Assembly: GCA_038207335.1 (NCBI GenBank)
Contig: JBBQZX010000029.1
Span: 14,861 to 78,860 of the forward strand
Direction of reading: 5' to 3'
DNA from: Chthoniobacterales bacterium
GTDB lineage: Bacteria > Verrucomicrobiota > Verrucomicrobiia > Chthoniobacterales > Chthoniobacteraceae
Length of the DNA: 64,000 nt
In this document: one piece after another, positions 10,961 through 19,993 of the stretch
Position numbering within the stretch: position 1 is the stretch's first letter
Layout: each line of letters opens with the position of its first letter
The notes under the pieces: model-generated
Seen by the model: only the letters and a program-made list of their open reading frames with translations
The model's database searches: none
What the model was told of the DNA's origin: nothing
Made by a program: the position numbers and the translations under genes

Positions 10961-12183
10961 TGATACCGTCGATTTTCAAGAAGGAGTGGGTGTGGGTGGC
11001 TGTGATGGCGCTTTTCGTGGTGGTGGTGCTGCCGGTGCTGAATGCGCAGGGGGTGATTTCGGATTTTCATCTGAATCTGTGGGGGAAGTATTTGTGCTAT
11101 GCGGTGCTGGCGGTGTCGGTGGATTTGCTGTGGGGTTATACGGGGCTGTTGTCGCTAGGGCAGGCGCTGTTTTTCTCGCTCGGTGGGTATATGCTGGGGA
11201 TGTATCTGATGCTGCTTTCGGGGCCGATGGGACAATACGCGCAGTCGGGGCAGAATCCGAAGGGGTTGCCGGATTTCATGGTGTTTCTGGGGCACACGTT
11301 TTTGCCGACGTTTTGGAAGCCGTTCTATTCGTTTGGCTTTTCGGCGTTGATGGTGGTGGCTGCGCCGGGGATTTTGGCGCTGGGGTTCGGGTATCTAGCT
11401 TTCCGGTCGCGGATCAAGGGCGTTTACTTTTCGATCCTGACTCAGGCGCTGACGTATGGGGCGATGTTGATGTTCTTTCAGAATAACCTGACGATGGGTG
11501 GCAATAACGGGTTCACCGATTTCCGGCTGATCTTGGGTGCGAATTTGAGGAGCGCGGCGACGCAGCGCTGGTTATTCGTGGCGTCGGCTGCGTTGCTGCT
11601 GGCGGTTTATCTCGGGTGCCGGTGGCTGACTCGGACGAAGTTTGGCCTAGTGCAGCGGGCGGTGCGGGATAGTGAGACGCGGGTGCTTTTCAGCGGGTAT
11701 GCGGCTGCGAATTATAAGCTGCTGGTCTTTGTGCTGGCGGCGATGATCGCGGGGCTGGGTGGGGCGCTTTTTGTGCCGCAGGTGGGGATCATCAATCCCA
11801 CGGAGATGTCGCCGGTGAATTCGCTGGAGGCGGTGGTGTGGTGCGCGGTGGGGGGGCGCGGGACGCTGGTGGGGCCGATCGTGGGGGCGATCGGGGTGAA
11901 TGCGCTGAAGTCGTGGGCGACGCGGGCTTACCCAGAGTATTGGCCGCTGATGATGGGGGGGATGTTTATCGTGATGGTGATTTTCGTTCCGGGGGGAGTG
12001 GTGCGGGTGCCGGGGCAGGCGCTGGCGTGGTGGCGGCGGTGGCGGAAGGAGGAGGATGCCGCGCCGCAGGATGGGGTGAAGGAGCAGATAGCGGATGATT
12101 TTACCCCCGTAGCTCCGCCGGTGCCAACGGATATGCGCGCGAGTGGGAAGACGGTGGAGTCACGGATGAAGGAGGGCGTGTAG
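10960..12183 (+). CDS. urtC: Urea ABC transporter permease
   Basis: GKYLCYA, DLLWGYTGLLSLGQ, LPDFM, FRSRIKGVYFSILTQA, GGNNGFTDF; start MIPSIF at 10960. Confidence 0.93.
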   Translation: MIPSIFKKEWVWVAVMALFVVVVLPVLNAQGVISDFHLNLWGKYLCYAVLAVSVDLLWGYTGLLSLGQALFFSLGGYMLGMYLMLLSGPMGQYAQSGQNPKGLPDFMVFLGHTFLPTFWKPFYSFGFSALMVVAAPGILALGFGYLAFRSRIKGVYFSILTQALTYGAMLMFFQNNLTMGGNNGFTDFRLILGANLRSAATQRWLFVASAALLLAVYLGCRWLTRTKFGLVQRAVRDSETRVLFSGYAAANYKLLVFVLAAMIAGLGGALFVPQVGIINPTEMSPVNSLEAVVWCAVGGRGTLVGPIVGAIGVNALKSWATRAYPEYWPLMMGGMFIVMVIFVPGGVVRVPGQALAWWRRWRKEEDAAPQDGVKEQIADDFTPVAPPVPTDMRASGKTVESRMKEGV

Positions 12184-12966
12184 ATGGAGACGGCGACTGC
12201 GAGTAAGCGGGGGTTTATCCTGGCGGCGGAGGGGGTGAATAAGGCTTTTGCGGGGTTTCAGGCGATTAAGGAGCTGTCGTTTTACATGGATGAGGGGGAG
12301 CTAAGGACGGTGATCGGGCCGAATGGGGCGGGGAAGACGACGTTTTTGGATCTCATCACGGGGCGGACGGTGCCGGATACGGGGACGATCGGCTTTGACG
12401 ACGGGGCGCATGAGCTGACGAAGATGAGTGAGTATGAGATTTACCGGCTGGGGATCGGGCGGAAATTCCAGACGCCGACGGTGTATGTGGATCATACGGT
12501 GTTTGAGAATTTGCTGATGTCGCTGAAGGGGTCGCGTGGGGTGTGGGCGTCGCTGTTCGCGAGGGTGACGAGCGCGCAGAAAGAGAGGATTTTCGATGTG
12601 CTGAAGACGATCAATCTAACGGAGAAGGCGCAGTGGAAGGCGGGGGCGCTGGCGCACGGACAGAAGCAGTGGTTGGAGATCGGGATGCTGTTGGCGCAGG
12701 ATGCGCGGCTGCTGCTGGTGGATGAGCCGGCGGCGGGGATGACGGATGAGGAGACGGCGCGGACGGGGGAGTTGCTGCTGTCGCTGGCGGGGAAGCACAG
12801 TATCATCGTGATCGAGCACGATATGGTGTTTGTGAGGCAGATCGCGGCGGGGCGCCGGGTGACGGTGCTGCATCAGGGCTCGGTGTTGTGCGAGGGGCCG
12901 GTGGATGCGGTGCAGAGCAATGAGAAGGTGATCGAGGTGTATCTGGGGAGGAGTAAGTCGCGATGA
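12184..12966 (+). CDS. urtD: Urea ABC transporter ATP-binding protein
   Basis: GPNGAGKT, GIGRKFQTP, HGQKQWLEIGM, VDEPAAGMT. Confidence 0.95.
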   Translation: METATASKRGFILAAEGVNKAFAGFQAIKELSFYMDEGELRTVIGPNGAGKTTFLDLITGRTVPDTGTIGFDDGAHELTKMSEYEIYRLGIGRKFQTPTVYVDHTVFENLLMSLKGSRGVWASLFARVTSAQKERIFDVLKTINLTEKAQWKAGALAHGQKQWLEIGMLLAQDARLLLVDEPAAGMTDEETARTGELLLSLAGKHSIIVIEHDMVFVRQIAAGRRVTVLHQGSVLCEGPVDAVQSNEKVIEVYLGRSKSR

Positions 12967-12984
12967 AGGAGGGGGCTTTTTAAT

Positions 12985-13680
12985 ATGCTGGAGATCAAGA
13001 ATCTACAGGTGGCTATCTCGGGCAGTCGCATCCTGCGCGGGGTGAATCTGACGGTGCCGGAGAAGAGTGTGGCGTGTCTGATGGGGCGCAATGGCGTGGG
13101 GAAGACGACGACGCTGAAGACGATCACGGGGCTGCTGAAGGCGGACACGGGATCGGTGGTGCTGGATGGGGTGGCGCTGACGGGGAAGTCGCCGGAGGTG
13201 CGCGCACGGGCGGGGATCGGGTATGTGCCGCAGGGGCGTGAGATTTTCCCGCACCTGACGGTGGAGGAGAATCTGAAGATCGGGGCGATGGCGCAGGGGA
13301 AACGGCTGAATGGGAACTTGGAGCGGATTTTCGAGCTGTTTCCGATTCTGAAGGAGTTCCTGCCGCGGAAGGGCGGGATGCTGTCGGGCGGGCAGCAGCA
13401 GCAACTGGCGATCGGGCGGGCGCTGCTGACGGAGCCGAAGGTGCTGATTTTGGACGAGCCGACGGAGGGGATTCAGCCGAATATCATCGATCAGATCGGG
13501 GACACGATCCGGGCGCTGCGGGCGGAAGGGAAGATGAGCATCCTGCTGGTGGAGCAGTATCTGGAGTTTGCGAAGGATCTGGCGGACGTGTTTTACATCA
13601 TGGATCGCGGGGCGGTGGTGTCGGAGGGGCCGATCGCGGCGCTGACGGATGCGGTGGTGAAAGCGCATCTGGTGGTGTGA
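12985..13680 (+). CDS. urtE: Urea ABC transporter ATP-binding protein
   Basis: GRNGVGKTT, YVPQGREIFP, LSGGQQQQLAI, LDEPTEGIQP. Confidence 0.95.
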   Translation: MLEIKNLQVAISGSRILRGVNLTVPEKSVACLMGRNGVGKTTTLKTITGLLKADTGSVVLDGVALTGKSPEVRARAGIGYVPQGREIFPHLTVEENLKIGAMAQGKRLNGNLERIFELFPILKEFLPRKGGMLSGGQQQQLAIGRALLTEPKVLILDEPTEGIQPNIIDQIGDTIRALRAEGKMSILLVEQYLEFAKDLADVFYIMDRGAVVSEGPIAALTDAVVKAHLVV

Positions 13681-13739
13681 AAATGCGTGCGCGAAAGTGG
13701 CGGGAAAGCTAGGGTGCGCCGCGCTCCAAATTGCCTTTT

Positions 13740-13937
13740 ATGAAACTGACACGACTCCTCTCCGCTCTGCTGCTGCTGCCCACTTTCGCCCACGCGCATC
13801 CGGGGCATTCGGCGTTCGATCTTCGCGCCGGAATGCCGCACGCGGGGCACTCGTTCGAGTGGACGTCGCTGCTGCTTTTTGTCGGGGTCGTGGGCGGCTG
13901 TCTCGGGGCGAGCTGGCTGGCGAATCGGCGGCGCTGA
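13740..13937 (+). CDS. Small His-containing membrane protein resembling the HupE/UreJ N-terminus
   Basis: 65 aa: signal peptide-AHAHPGH...AGMPHAGH, one TM helix, RRR; directly upstream of ureA. Confidence 0.6.
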   Translation: MKLTRLLSALLLLPTFAHAHPGHSAFDLRAGMPHAGHSFEWTSLLLFVGVVGGCLGASWLANRRR

Positions 13938-13949
13938 GGCTCCCGCGAG

Positions 13950-14252
13950 ATGCACCTTTCACCGCGCGAACAGGAGAAGCTTTTGGTAGTGGTGGCGGCG
14001 GATCTCGCGCGACGGCGGCAGGCGCGGGGGCTGAAGCTGAATTACCCGGAGACGGTGGCGATCATCACGGCGGAGATCATGGAAGGTGCGCGGGACGGGC
14101 GCGCGGTGGCGGAACTGATGAGCTACGGGACGACGATCCTGACGCGCGATCAGGTGATGGAAGGCGTGGCCGACATGATCCACGATGTGCAGGTGGAGGC
14201 GACATTCCCCGATGGGACGAAGCTCGTGACGGTGCATAATCCGGTCCGATGA
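13950..14252 (+). CDS. ureA: Urease gamma subunit
   Basis: [37 protein letters not shown]. Confidence 0.98.
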   Translation: MHLSPREQEKLLVVVAADLARRRQARGLKLNYPETVAIITAEIMEGARDGRAVAELMSYGTTILTRDQVMEGVADMIHDVQVEATFPDGTKLVTVHNPVR

Positions 14253-14560
14253 TCCCGGGCGAAATCATCCTCGGCACGGAGCCCGCGCATTTTGAGGCGA
14301 ATGCGGGACGGGAGACGCGCGTGCTGGAGGTGGCGAATACGGGCGACCGGCCGATTCAGGTCGGGAGTCACTTTCATTTTTTCGAGGTGAATGGGGCGCT
14401 GCGATTCGACCGCGCGCTGACTCGCGGCTTTCGGCTGAATATCGCGGCAGGCACGGCTGTGCGTTTTGAACCCGGAGATACGCGGGAGGTGGAAGTGGTG
14501 GCGCTGGCGGGGACGCGCGAAGTCTTCGGCCTCAACAATCTCGTCAACGGGAAGCTATGA
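14249..14560 (+). CDS. ureB: Urease beta subunit
   Basis: [33 protein letters not shown]. Confidence 0.98.
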   Translation: MIPGEIILGTEPAHFEANAGRETRVLEVANTGDRPIQVGSHFHFFEVNGALRFDRALTRGFRLNIAAGTAVRFEPGDTREVEVVALAGTREVFGLNNLVNGKL

Positions 14561-16284
14561 GTCTTCGTCTTTCGCGGCGGCAGTATGCCGAGATGTTTGG
14601 GCCGACGGTTGGCGATCGTGTGCGACTCGCCGACACCGAGCTTTTCATCGAGGTCGAGCGCGACCTGATCGCGGAGGCGGGGGCTCGTGGAGACGAGGTG
14701 AAATTTGGCGGCGGAAAGGTGATCCGCGATGGCATGGGGCAGTCGCCGACGGCGACGGATGCGGAGTCGCTCGATCTTGTCATAACGAATGCGCTGATCC
14801 TCGATGCGGTTCAGGGCGTGTTGAAGGCGGACATTGGCGTGAAGCACGGGCGCATCGTGGCAATCGGGCACGCGGGGAATCCGGGGATTCAGCCGGGGAT
14901 CACACCCGGCATGACGATCGGCGCGGCGACGGAGGTGATAGCGGGCGAGGGGTGCATCGTGACAGCGGGTGGGATCGACACGCACATTCATTTCATCTGC
15001 CCGCAGCAAATCGAGCACGCGCTCGCAAGCGGCATCACGACGATGATCGGCGGCGGCACGGGGCCGGCGCATGGCACCTACGCAACGACTTGCACGCCGG
15101 GGATTTGGAACATTCACCGGATGCTCGAGGCCGCTGAGGAGTATCCGATGAATCTCGGCTTTCTCGGCAAAGGCAACTGCTCGACGCACGCGCCGCTGCG
15201 GGAGCAGGTGCTCGCGGGAGCTGTCGGGCTGAAGCTTCACGAGGATTGGGGCACGACGCCGGCGGCGATTTCGACGTGCCTCGACGTGGCGGATGAACTC
15301 GACGTGCAGGTCGCGATTCACACGGACACGCTGAACGAATCGGGCTTCGTCGAGGAGACGATCGCGGCGTTCAAGGGTCGCACGATCCACACATATCACA
15401 GCGAAGGCGCGGGCGGCGGACACGCGCCGGACATCATCCGCGTCTGCGGCGAGGCAAACGTGCTCCCGTCCTCCACGAACCCCACGCGGCCCTTCACAGT
15501 GAACACGATCGACGAGCATCTCGACATGCTGATGGTGTGCCATCACCTCGACTCGAAGATTCCCGAGGACGTGGCTTTTGCGGAATCGCGCATCCGCCCG
15601 GAGACGATCGCGGCGGAGGATTTGCTGCACGATCTCGGGGCGTTTTCGATGATGTCGAGCGACTCGCAGGCCATGGGACGCGTCGGGGAAGTGATCACGC
15701 GGACGTGGCAGACGGCGCACAAGATGAAGGTGCAGTTCGGCGTGCTCGAATGGACGCGGCCCGCCGATAATTTCCGCGCGCTGCGGTATGTCGCGAAATA
15801 CACGATCAACCCCGCGATCTCGCACGGCATCGCGCATGAAGTCGGGTCGATTGAGGTCGGAAAACTCGCCGATCTCGTGGTCTGGAAGCCTGCGTTTTTC
15901 GGGGTAAAGCCGGAGGTCATTTTGAAAGGCGGGCTCATCGCGATGGCGAACATGGGGGATCCGAATGCGAGCATTCCGACGCCGCAGCCGACGATGTACC
16001 GCCCGCAATTCGCGGCGCACGGGCGCGCGAAATATTCGACCAGCGTGACCTTCGTCAGCGACGCCGCTCTGCGCTCCGGTTCGCTGGATGCGCTGCATCT
16101 CTCGAAGCGACTCGTGGCTGTGAAAAACACGCGCAACATCTCGAAGCGCGACCTGCTCTGGAACGACGCGCTGCCGAAGATGGAAGTCGATCCCGAGACT
16201 TACACCGTCCGCGCAGACGGGCGCGAACTGACCTGCGAACCCGCGAGCGTGCTGCCGTTGGCGCAGCGCTACTTCCTGTTTTGA
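14557..16284 (+). CDS. ureC: Urease alpha subunit
   Basis: [42 protein letters not shown] nickel-site motifs. Confidence 0.99.
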   Translation: MSLRLSRRQYAEMFGPTVGDRVRLADTELFIEVERDLIAEAGARGDEVKFGGGKVIRDGMGQSPTATDAESLDLVITNALILDAVQGVLKADIGVKHGRIVAIGHAGNPGIQPGITPGMTIGAATEVIAGEGCIVTAGGIDTHIHFICPQQIEHALASGITTMIGGGTGPAHGTYATTCTPGIWNIHRMLEAAEEYPMNLGFLGKGNCSTHAPLREQVLAGAVGLKLHEDWGTTPAAISTCLDVADELDVQVAIHTDTLNESGFVEETIAAFKGRTIHTYHSEGAGGGHAPDIIRVCGEANVLPSSTNPTRPFTVNTIDEHLDMLMVCHHLDSKIPEDVAFAESRIRPETIAAEDLLHDLGAFSMMSSDSQAMGRVGEVITRTWQTAHKMKVQFGVLEWTRPADNFRALRYVAKYTINPAISHGIAHEVGSIEVGKLADLVVWKPAFFGVKPEVILKGGLIAMANMGDPNASIPTPQPTMYRPQFAAHGRAKYSTSVTFVSDAALRSGSLDALHLSKRLVAVKNTRNISKRDLLWNDALPKMEVDPETYTVRADGRELTCEPASVLPLAQRYFLF

Positions 16285-16721
16285 TGCAGCTCATTCACGA
16301 CCACATCCACGGTTGGGATGAAGCGCTGCCGCGCGTTCTGCTACGCGCCGATCGCGGGACGCTGGCGAAGCGCCGCTGGCGCGCGACGGCGGAGGACGGC
16401 ACGGAGTTCGGGTTCGATCTCGAGCATCCGCTGGAAAATGGGGACGCGTTTTACGCTGCGGAAAACGCCGTCTATTTCGTCGAACAGAACCCGGAGGCGG
16501 TCCTCGAAATCGCGCTGGGCAGCGATGCGGCGGGCGCCGCGCGGCTCGGGTGGCTGGTGGGTAATTTGCACTTCCAAATCGCGATCGACGGCGCGGTCGT
16601 GCTCGTGGTGGACGATCCGGCGGTTCGGCAGTTACTCGAACGGGAGCACGTCGAGTTCGCAGGAAGCGAGCGGATTTTTGTTTCGCTCGGTGGCGGGCAT
16701 TCACACGGCCACGCACATTGA
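16284..16721 (+). CDS. ureE: Urease accessory protein UreE
   Basis: AARLGWLVGNLH motif, His-rich tail HSHGHAH; TGATG overlap with ureC. Confidence 0.88.
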   Translation: MQLIHDHIHGWDEALPRVLLRADRGTLAKRRWRATAEDGTEFGFDLEHPLENGDAFYAAENAVYFVEQNPEAVLEIALGSDAAGAARLGWLVGNLHFQIAIDGAVVLVVDDPAVRQLLEREHVEFAGSERIFVSLGGGHSHGHAH

Positions 16722-17410
16722 ACGCGGTCGAGTGGTTGCCGCTTCTGTTGCAGACGGCGGACCCGCTTTTCCCGACGGGTGCGTACGCACACTCGCTCGG
16801 ATTCGAGGAAATCGTGCGGCTCGGTGTCGTGCGCGACGAGCCGACGCTCCAAACGTTTTTGCTCACGCAAATCATCCCGGCCCAGCGGCAACAGGAACTC
16901 CCGTATTTGCGGTTCGCATTCGACGCAGCGGCGCGCGGCGATGTCGAAGAGTTGATCACGATCGACTGTGAAATCAGCGCGTGGAAACTCGCGCATGAAG
17001 CGCGGGAAGCCAGTTGCCAGCTTGGTTCGCGGCGCTTGCGGGCGTTGAGCGCTATTGGCGACGCGCCACTGCTCGCTCGGATTTCGGAGAGGATTCGAGC
17101 GGGCGAAATGCGCGGGCATCATCTCGTGATCTGCGGGGCGCAGGCCGCCTTGCAGAGCGTCCCGCTCGAAGCCGCGCTAGCGACTTATTTTTACCAGTCG
17201 CTCGCCGGGGTCTGCGCCGCTGCTCTGAAGCTGATCCGCATCGGGCAGGACGGCATTCAGCGCGCACTCGCTGCTGGGCTCGCGGCTGCGCCGCCGACGG
17301 TCGCCGCTTCCCTCGCCGTCGCGCGCGAAAACGCGGGGTGGTTCAACCCACTGCTCGAAATCGCCGCGATGCGCCACGAGCACGCGCACGAGAGGCTGTT
17401 CATTTCGTAG
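16718..17410 (+). CDS. ureF: Urease accessory protein UreF
   Basis: LQTADPLFPTGAYAHSLGFE, C-terminal HEHAHERLFIS; TTG start overlapping the ureE stop. Confidence 0.92.
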   Translation: MNAVEWLPLLLQTADPLFPTGAYAHSLGFEEIVRLGVVRDEPTLQTFLLTQIIPAQRQQELPYLRFAFDAAARGDVEELITIDCEISAWKLAHEAREASCQLGSRRLRALSAIGDAPLLARISERIRAGEMRGHHLVICGAQAALQSVPLEAALATYFYQSLAGVCAAALKLIRIGQDGIQRALAAGLAAAPPTVAASLAVARENAGWFNPLLEIAAMRHEHAHERLFIS

Positions 17411-17458
17411 CGAAAGTTCTTTGGCTTGTCGCGGCGTCAAGCCGGAGGCTTGCGCTAC
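17407..17458. repeat. GTAG-type REP-like palindrome between convergent ureF and argS
   Basis: GTAGCG...CGCTAC ends with internal CAAGCC/GGCTTG hairpin; the stop codons of both genes lie in the GTAG/CTAC ends. Confidence 0.55.
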
Positions 17459-19218
17459 ATCCGCTCCGGGACTTCGATTCCGAGCAGGTCGAGGCCACGC
17501 TGGAGCGTGCGCGCGGTCAGATCGCAGAGGGCGAGGCGCAAGGCGCGAACGGCGGGCTCGGCTTTCAAAACAGGGCAGGCCTCGAAGAAGCTGTGAAATG
17601 TGGAGGCGAGCTCGAAGAGGTAATTTGCGAGCAGGTTTGGACGGAAATCTTCGAGCACTTGCGGCAGCGTTTCGCCGAATGAGAACAGCTTTTTAGCCAG
17701 CGCGAGTTCTGCCTTTTCGGTGAATGCGAAATCGGAGTTCGTAGCGGCGGCGTTTCCTTCCAGCGCGCCTTTGCGGAAAATCGAGCGGATGCGGACGTAA
17801 CTGTAGAGCAGGTAAGGCGCGGTGTTGCCTTGCAGGCTCAGCATTTTGTCCCACGAAAAAACGTAGTCGCTCTGCCGATTTGGCAGCAGGTCGGCGTATT
17901 TCACCGAGCCGAGTCCGACGATCCGCGCGATCTCGCGCCGCTCGGATTCAGAGAGCTCGGGATTCTTCTCGTTGATGATTTTAAGCGCGCGCTCTTCCGC
18001 TTCGTCGAGCAGCCCCGCGAGCTTCACCGTATCGCCGCTCCGCGTTTTGAACGGCCTCCCGTCATCACCGAGAATCGATCCGAACCAGACGTGCGCGAGC
18101 CGTACGCTTGCGGCGAGCGCGGGCTGCCAGCGGGCGAAGATTGCGAAGACCTGCCGGAAATGGTGCTGCTGCCTCCCGTCGGTGACGTAGATGATTTCGT
18201 CGGGAGACCACCTTTCCATGCGGTAATCGAGCGTCGCGAGGTCGGTCGTGGTGTAGTTCGCGGCTCCGTCGCGCTTTTGCACCAGAGCGGGATTGGGTCG
18301 CCATCCGTCCTGGTCTTTGATCAAAAATGGGTCCTGCTCGGGCGGTAGCGTGTCGTCCGAAAAGACGCACAGCGCGCCTTCGCTCTCGCGAGCGATGCCA
18401 CGGTCGCACAGCTCTTGCACGACGGCTTTCAGTCGCGAATTGTAGAAACTTTCGCCCAGCGCCACGTCGAATTTGATCCCGAGCCGTCCGTAGATTTCGT
18501 CAAACTGCGCCTGCGAAAGCCGTTGCATTTCATTCCAGAGCGCAAGGTTTTCCGCGTCGCCGGATTGCAGCTTCACGAGTTCGCCGCGCGCCCGCTCGAG
18601 CGTGTCGGGATGCTCTTTGCACATCGCGCTGATGAGCTTGTAGATGCGCTCCATTTCCGCGAGGGGGTCGCGCGCGAGCAGGTCGGTGTCGAGGACGGTT
18701 TTCCAGCCGGTGAGCAGCATTCCGAATTGCGTGCCCCAGTCGCCGATGTGGTTGTCCCGCACGACTTCGTGGCCGAGGAACGCCGCGATGCGGGCGAGCG
18801 AATCGCCAAGGATCGTGGAGCGGATGTGGCCCACGTGCATCGGCTTGGCGACATTCGGCGAGCTGAAATCGACGACGATTTTGCGCGGCTTTTCCGGCGC
18901 GGGAACGCCGAGCTTCTCATCCGCGAGGAGTGGGGAAAATCGCGCCGAGAGGAATGCCGGAGTGACGCGAAAATTGATGAATCCAGCGCCTGCGATTTCG
19001 GGCGCGTCGCAAATATCGGACACGTCGATCTTCTCGATGATCTGCTGCGCGAGTTGGCGCGGATTGGCACGCTGCTGCTTGGCGAGGATCATGGCGACGT
19101 TCGTCTGGTAGTCGCCGAATCGGGCGTCGGTCGCGGGAGTGACTTGCGGCTCGATGTCGCCGAGTCCATCGGTCGCAGCGCGGACGCGGTATTGGATGAG
19201 AGATTGGATGGTTTCCAT
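17455..19218 (-). CDS. argS: Arginine--tRNA ligase
   Basis: FGDYQTN, VDFSSPNVAKPMHVGHIRST, NHIGDWGTQFG, FKTRSG, GNTAPYL; start METIQ at 19218. Confidence 0.97.
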   Translation of the reverse strand: METIQSLIQYRVRAATDGLGDIEPQVTPATDARFGDYQTNVAMILAKQQRANPRQLAQQIIEKIDVSDICDAPEIAGAGFINFRVTPAFLSARFSPLLADEKLGVPAPEKPRKIVVDFSSPNVAKPMHVGHIRSTILGDSLARIAAFLGHEVVRDNHIGDWGTQFGMLLTGWKTVLDTDLLARDPLAEMERIYKLISAMCKEHPDTLERARGELVKLQSGDAENLALWNEMQRLSQAQFDEIYGRLGIKFDVALGESFYNSRLKAVVQELCDRGIARESEGALCVFSDDTLPPEQDPFLIKDQDGWRPNPALVQKRDGAANYTTTDLATLDYRMERWSPDEIIYVTDGRQQHHFRQVFAIFARWQPALAASVRLAHVWFGSILGDDGRPFKTRSGDTVKLAGLLDEAEERALKIINEKNPELSESERREIARIVGLGSVKYADLLPNRQSDYVFSWDKMLSLQGNTAPYLLYSYVRIRSIFRKGALEGNAAATNSDFAFTEKAELALAKKLFSFGETLPQVLEDFRPNLLANYLFELASTFHSFFEACPVLKAEPAVRALRLALCDLTARTLQRGLDLLGIEVPERM

Positions 19219-19248
19219 TTTTAGAGAGGTGTCGCGAGGCGAATCCGG

Positions 19249-19300
19249 GTAGCGCACGCGTCCCGAGTACTGGTTTCGGCGTCCCGCCGGAACGAACTTT
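19249..19300 (+). repeat. GTAG-type REP-like element
   Basis: GTAGCGCACGCGTCCCGAGTAC...TTCGGCGTCCCGCCGGAA: two short imperfect hairpins, sharing GTAGCGCA with the 17407-17458 element. Confidence 0.4.
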
Positions 19301-19393
19301 ATGCCGCGTCCGTCAACTGAAGGTGCGTCGAAATCACGACGGTGAATGAATTACGCCGAGTCGGGATAAGCGCCCTCCCCGGAGCGGAGTGAC

Positions 19394-19858
19394 TCACGCT
19401 TTTCCCGTGCTCTCGAAAATCGCGAGGATTTCTGCGGCGGTGGCGGCGGTGGCGAGGCGATCGCGCACGGCGCGGTCGTTGAGGAATTTCGCGATTGCAG
19501 CGAGCGTACGAAGGTGCGTCTGGAATTGATCTTTCGGCACGACGAAAAGAACGATGAATCGCACGGGCGCGTTGTCGAGGGAGTCGAATTCGATGCCGGT
19601 CGCCGAGCGCCCGAAGGCTGCGACCACTTCATCCACGCGATCCGAAGAGGCGTGGGGGATCGCGATGCCGAGGCCGATGCCGGTGCTCATCGTCTCCTCG
19701 CGTTGGCGCAGCGCCGCGAGCACGACTTCACGATCGGCGGCTTTGATTTTCTCGCGCGAAACGAGCAGATCGACCAGCTCGACGATCGCATCCGTGCGTT
19801 CCGTCGCCTGCATTTCGGGGATGATCTGATCGACCGAAAGTAGGTTGCCGAGTGTCAT
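19394..19858 (-). CDS. PTS IIA domain protein (fructose/nitrogen type)
   Basis: RQREETMSTGIGLGIAIPHA phospho-His motif; start MTLGNL at 19858. Confidence 0.9.
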   Translation of the reverse strand: MTLGNLLSVDQIIPEMQATERTDAIVELVDLLVSREKIKAADREVVLAALRQREETMSTGIGLGIAIPHASSDRVDEVVAAFGRSATGIEFDSLDNAPVRFIVLFVVPKDQFQTHLRTLAAIAKFLNDRAVRDRLATAATAAEILAIFESTGKA

Positions 19859-19993
19859 TCGTGGATCGAGTGGCCGGGGGTCAAAGTCGGGCGAATGTAG
19901 CAACCGAACGAGAACTGCAAAGGGGAAAGTGCCCGTTGACGCCCCGCCAGTTTTGCTCTTCTCGCACGCGGAAGTTGCCGCCATTTTTCGCCG

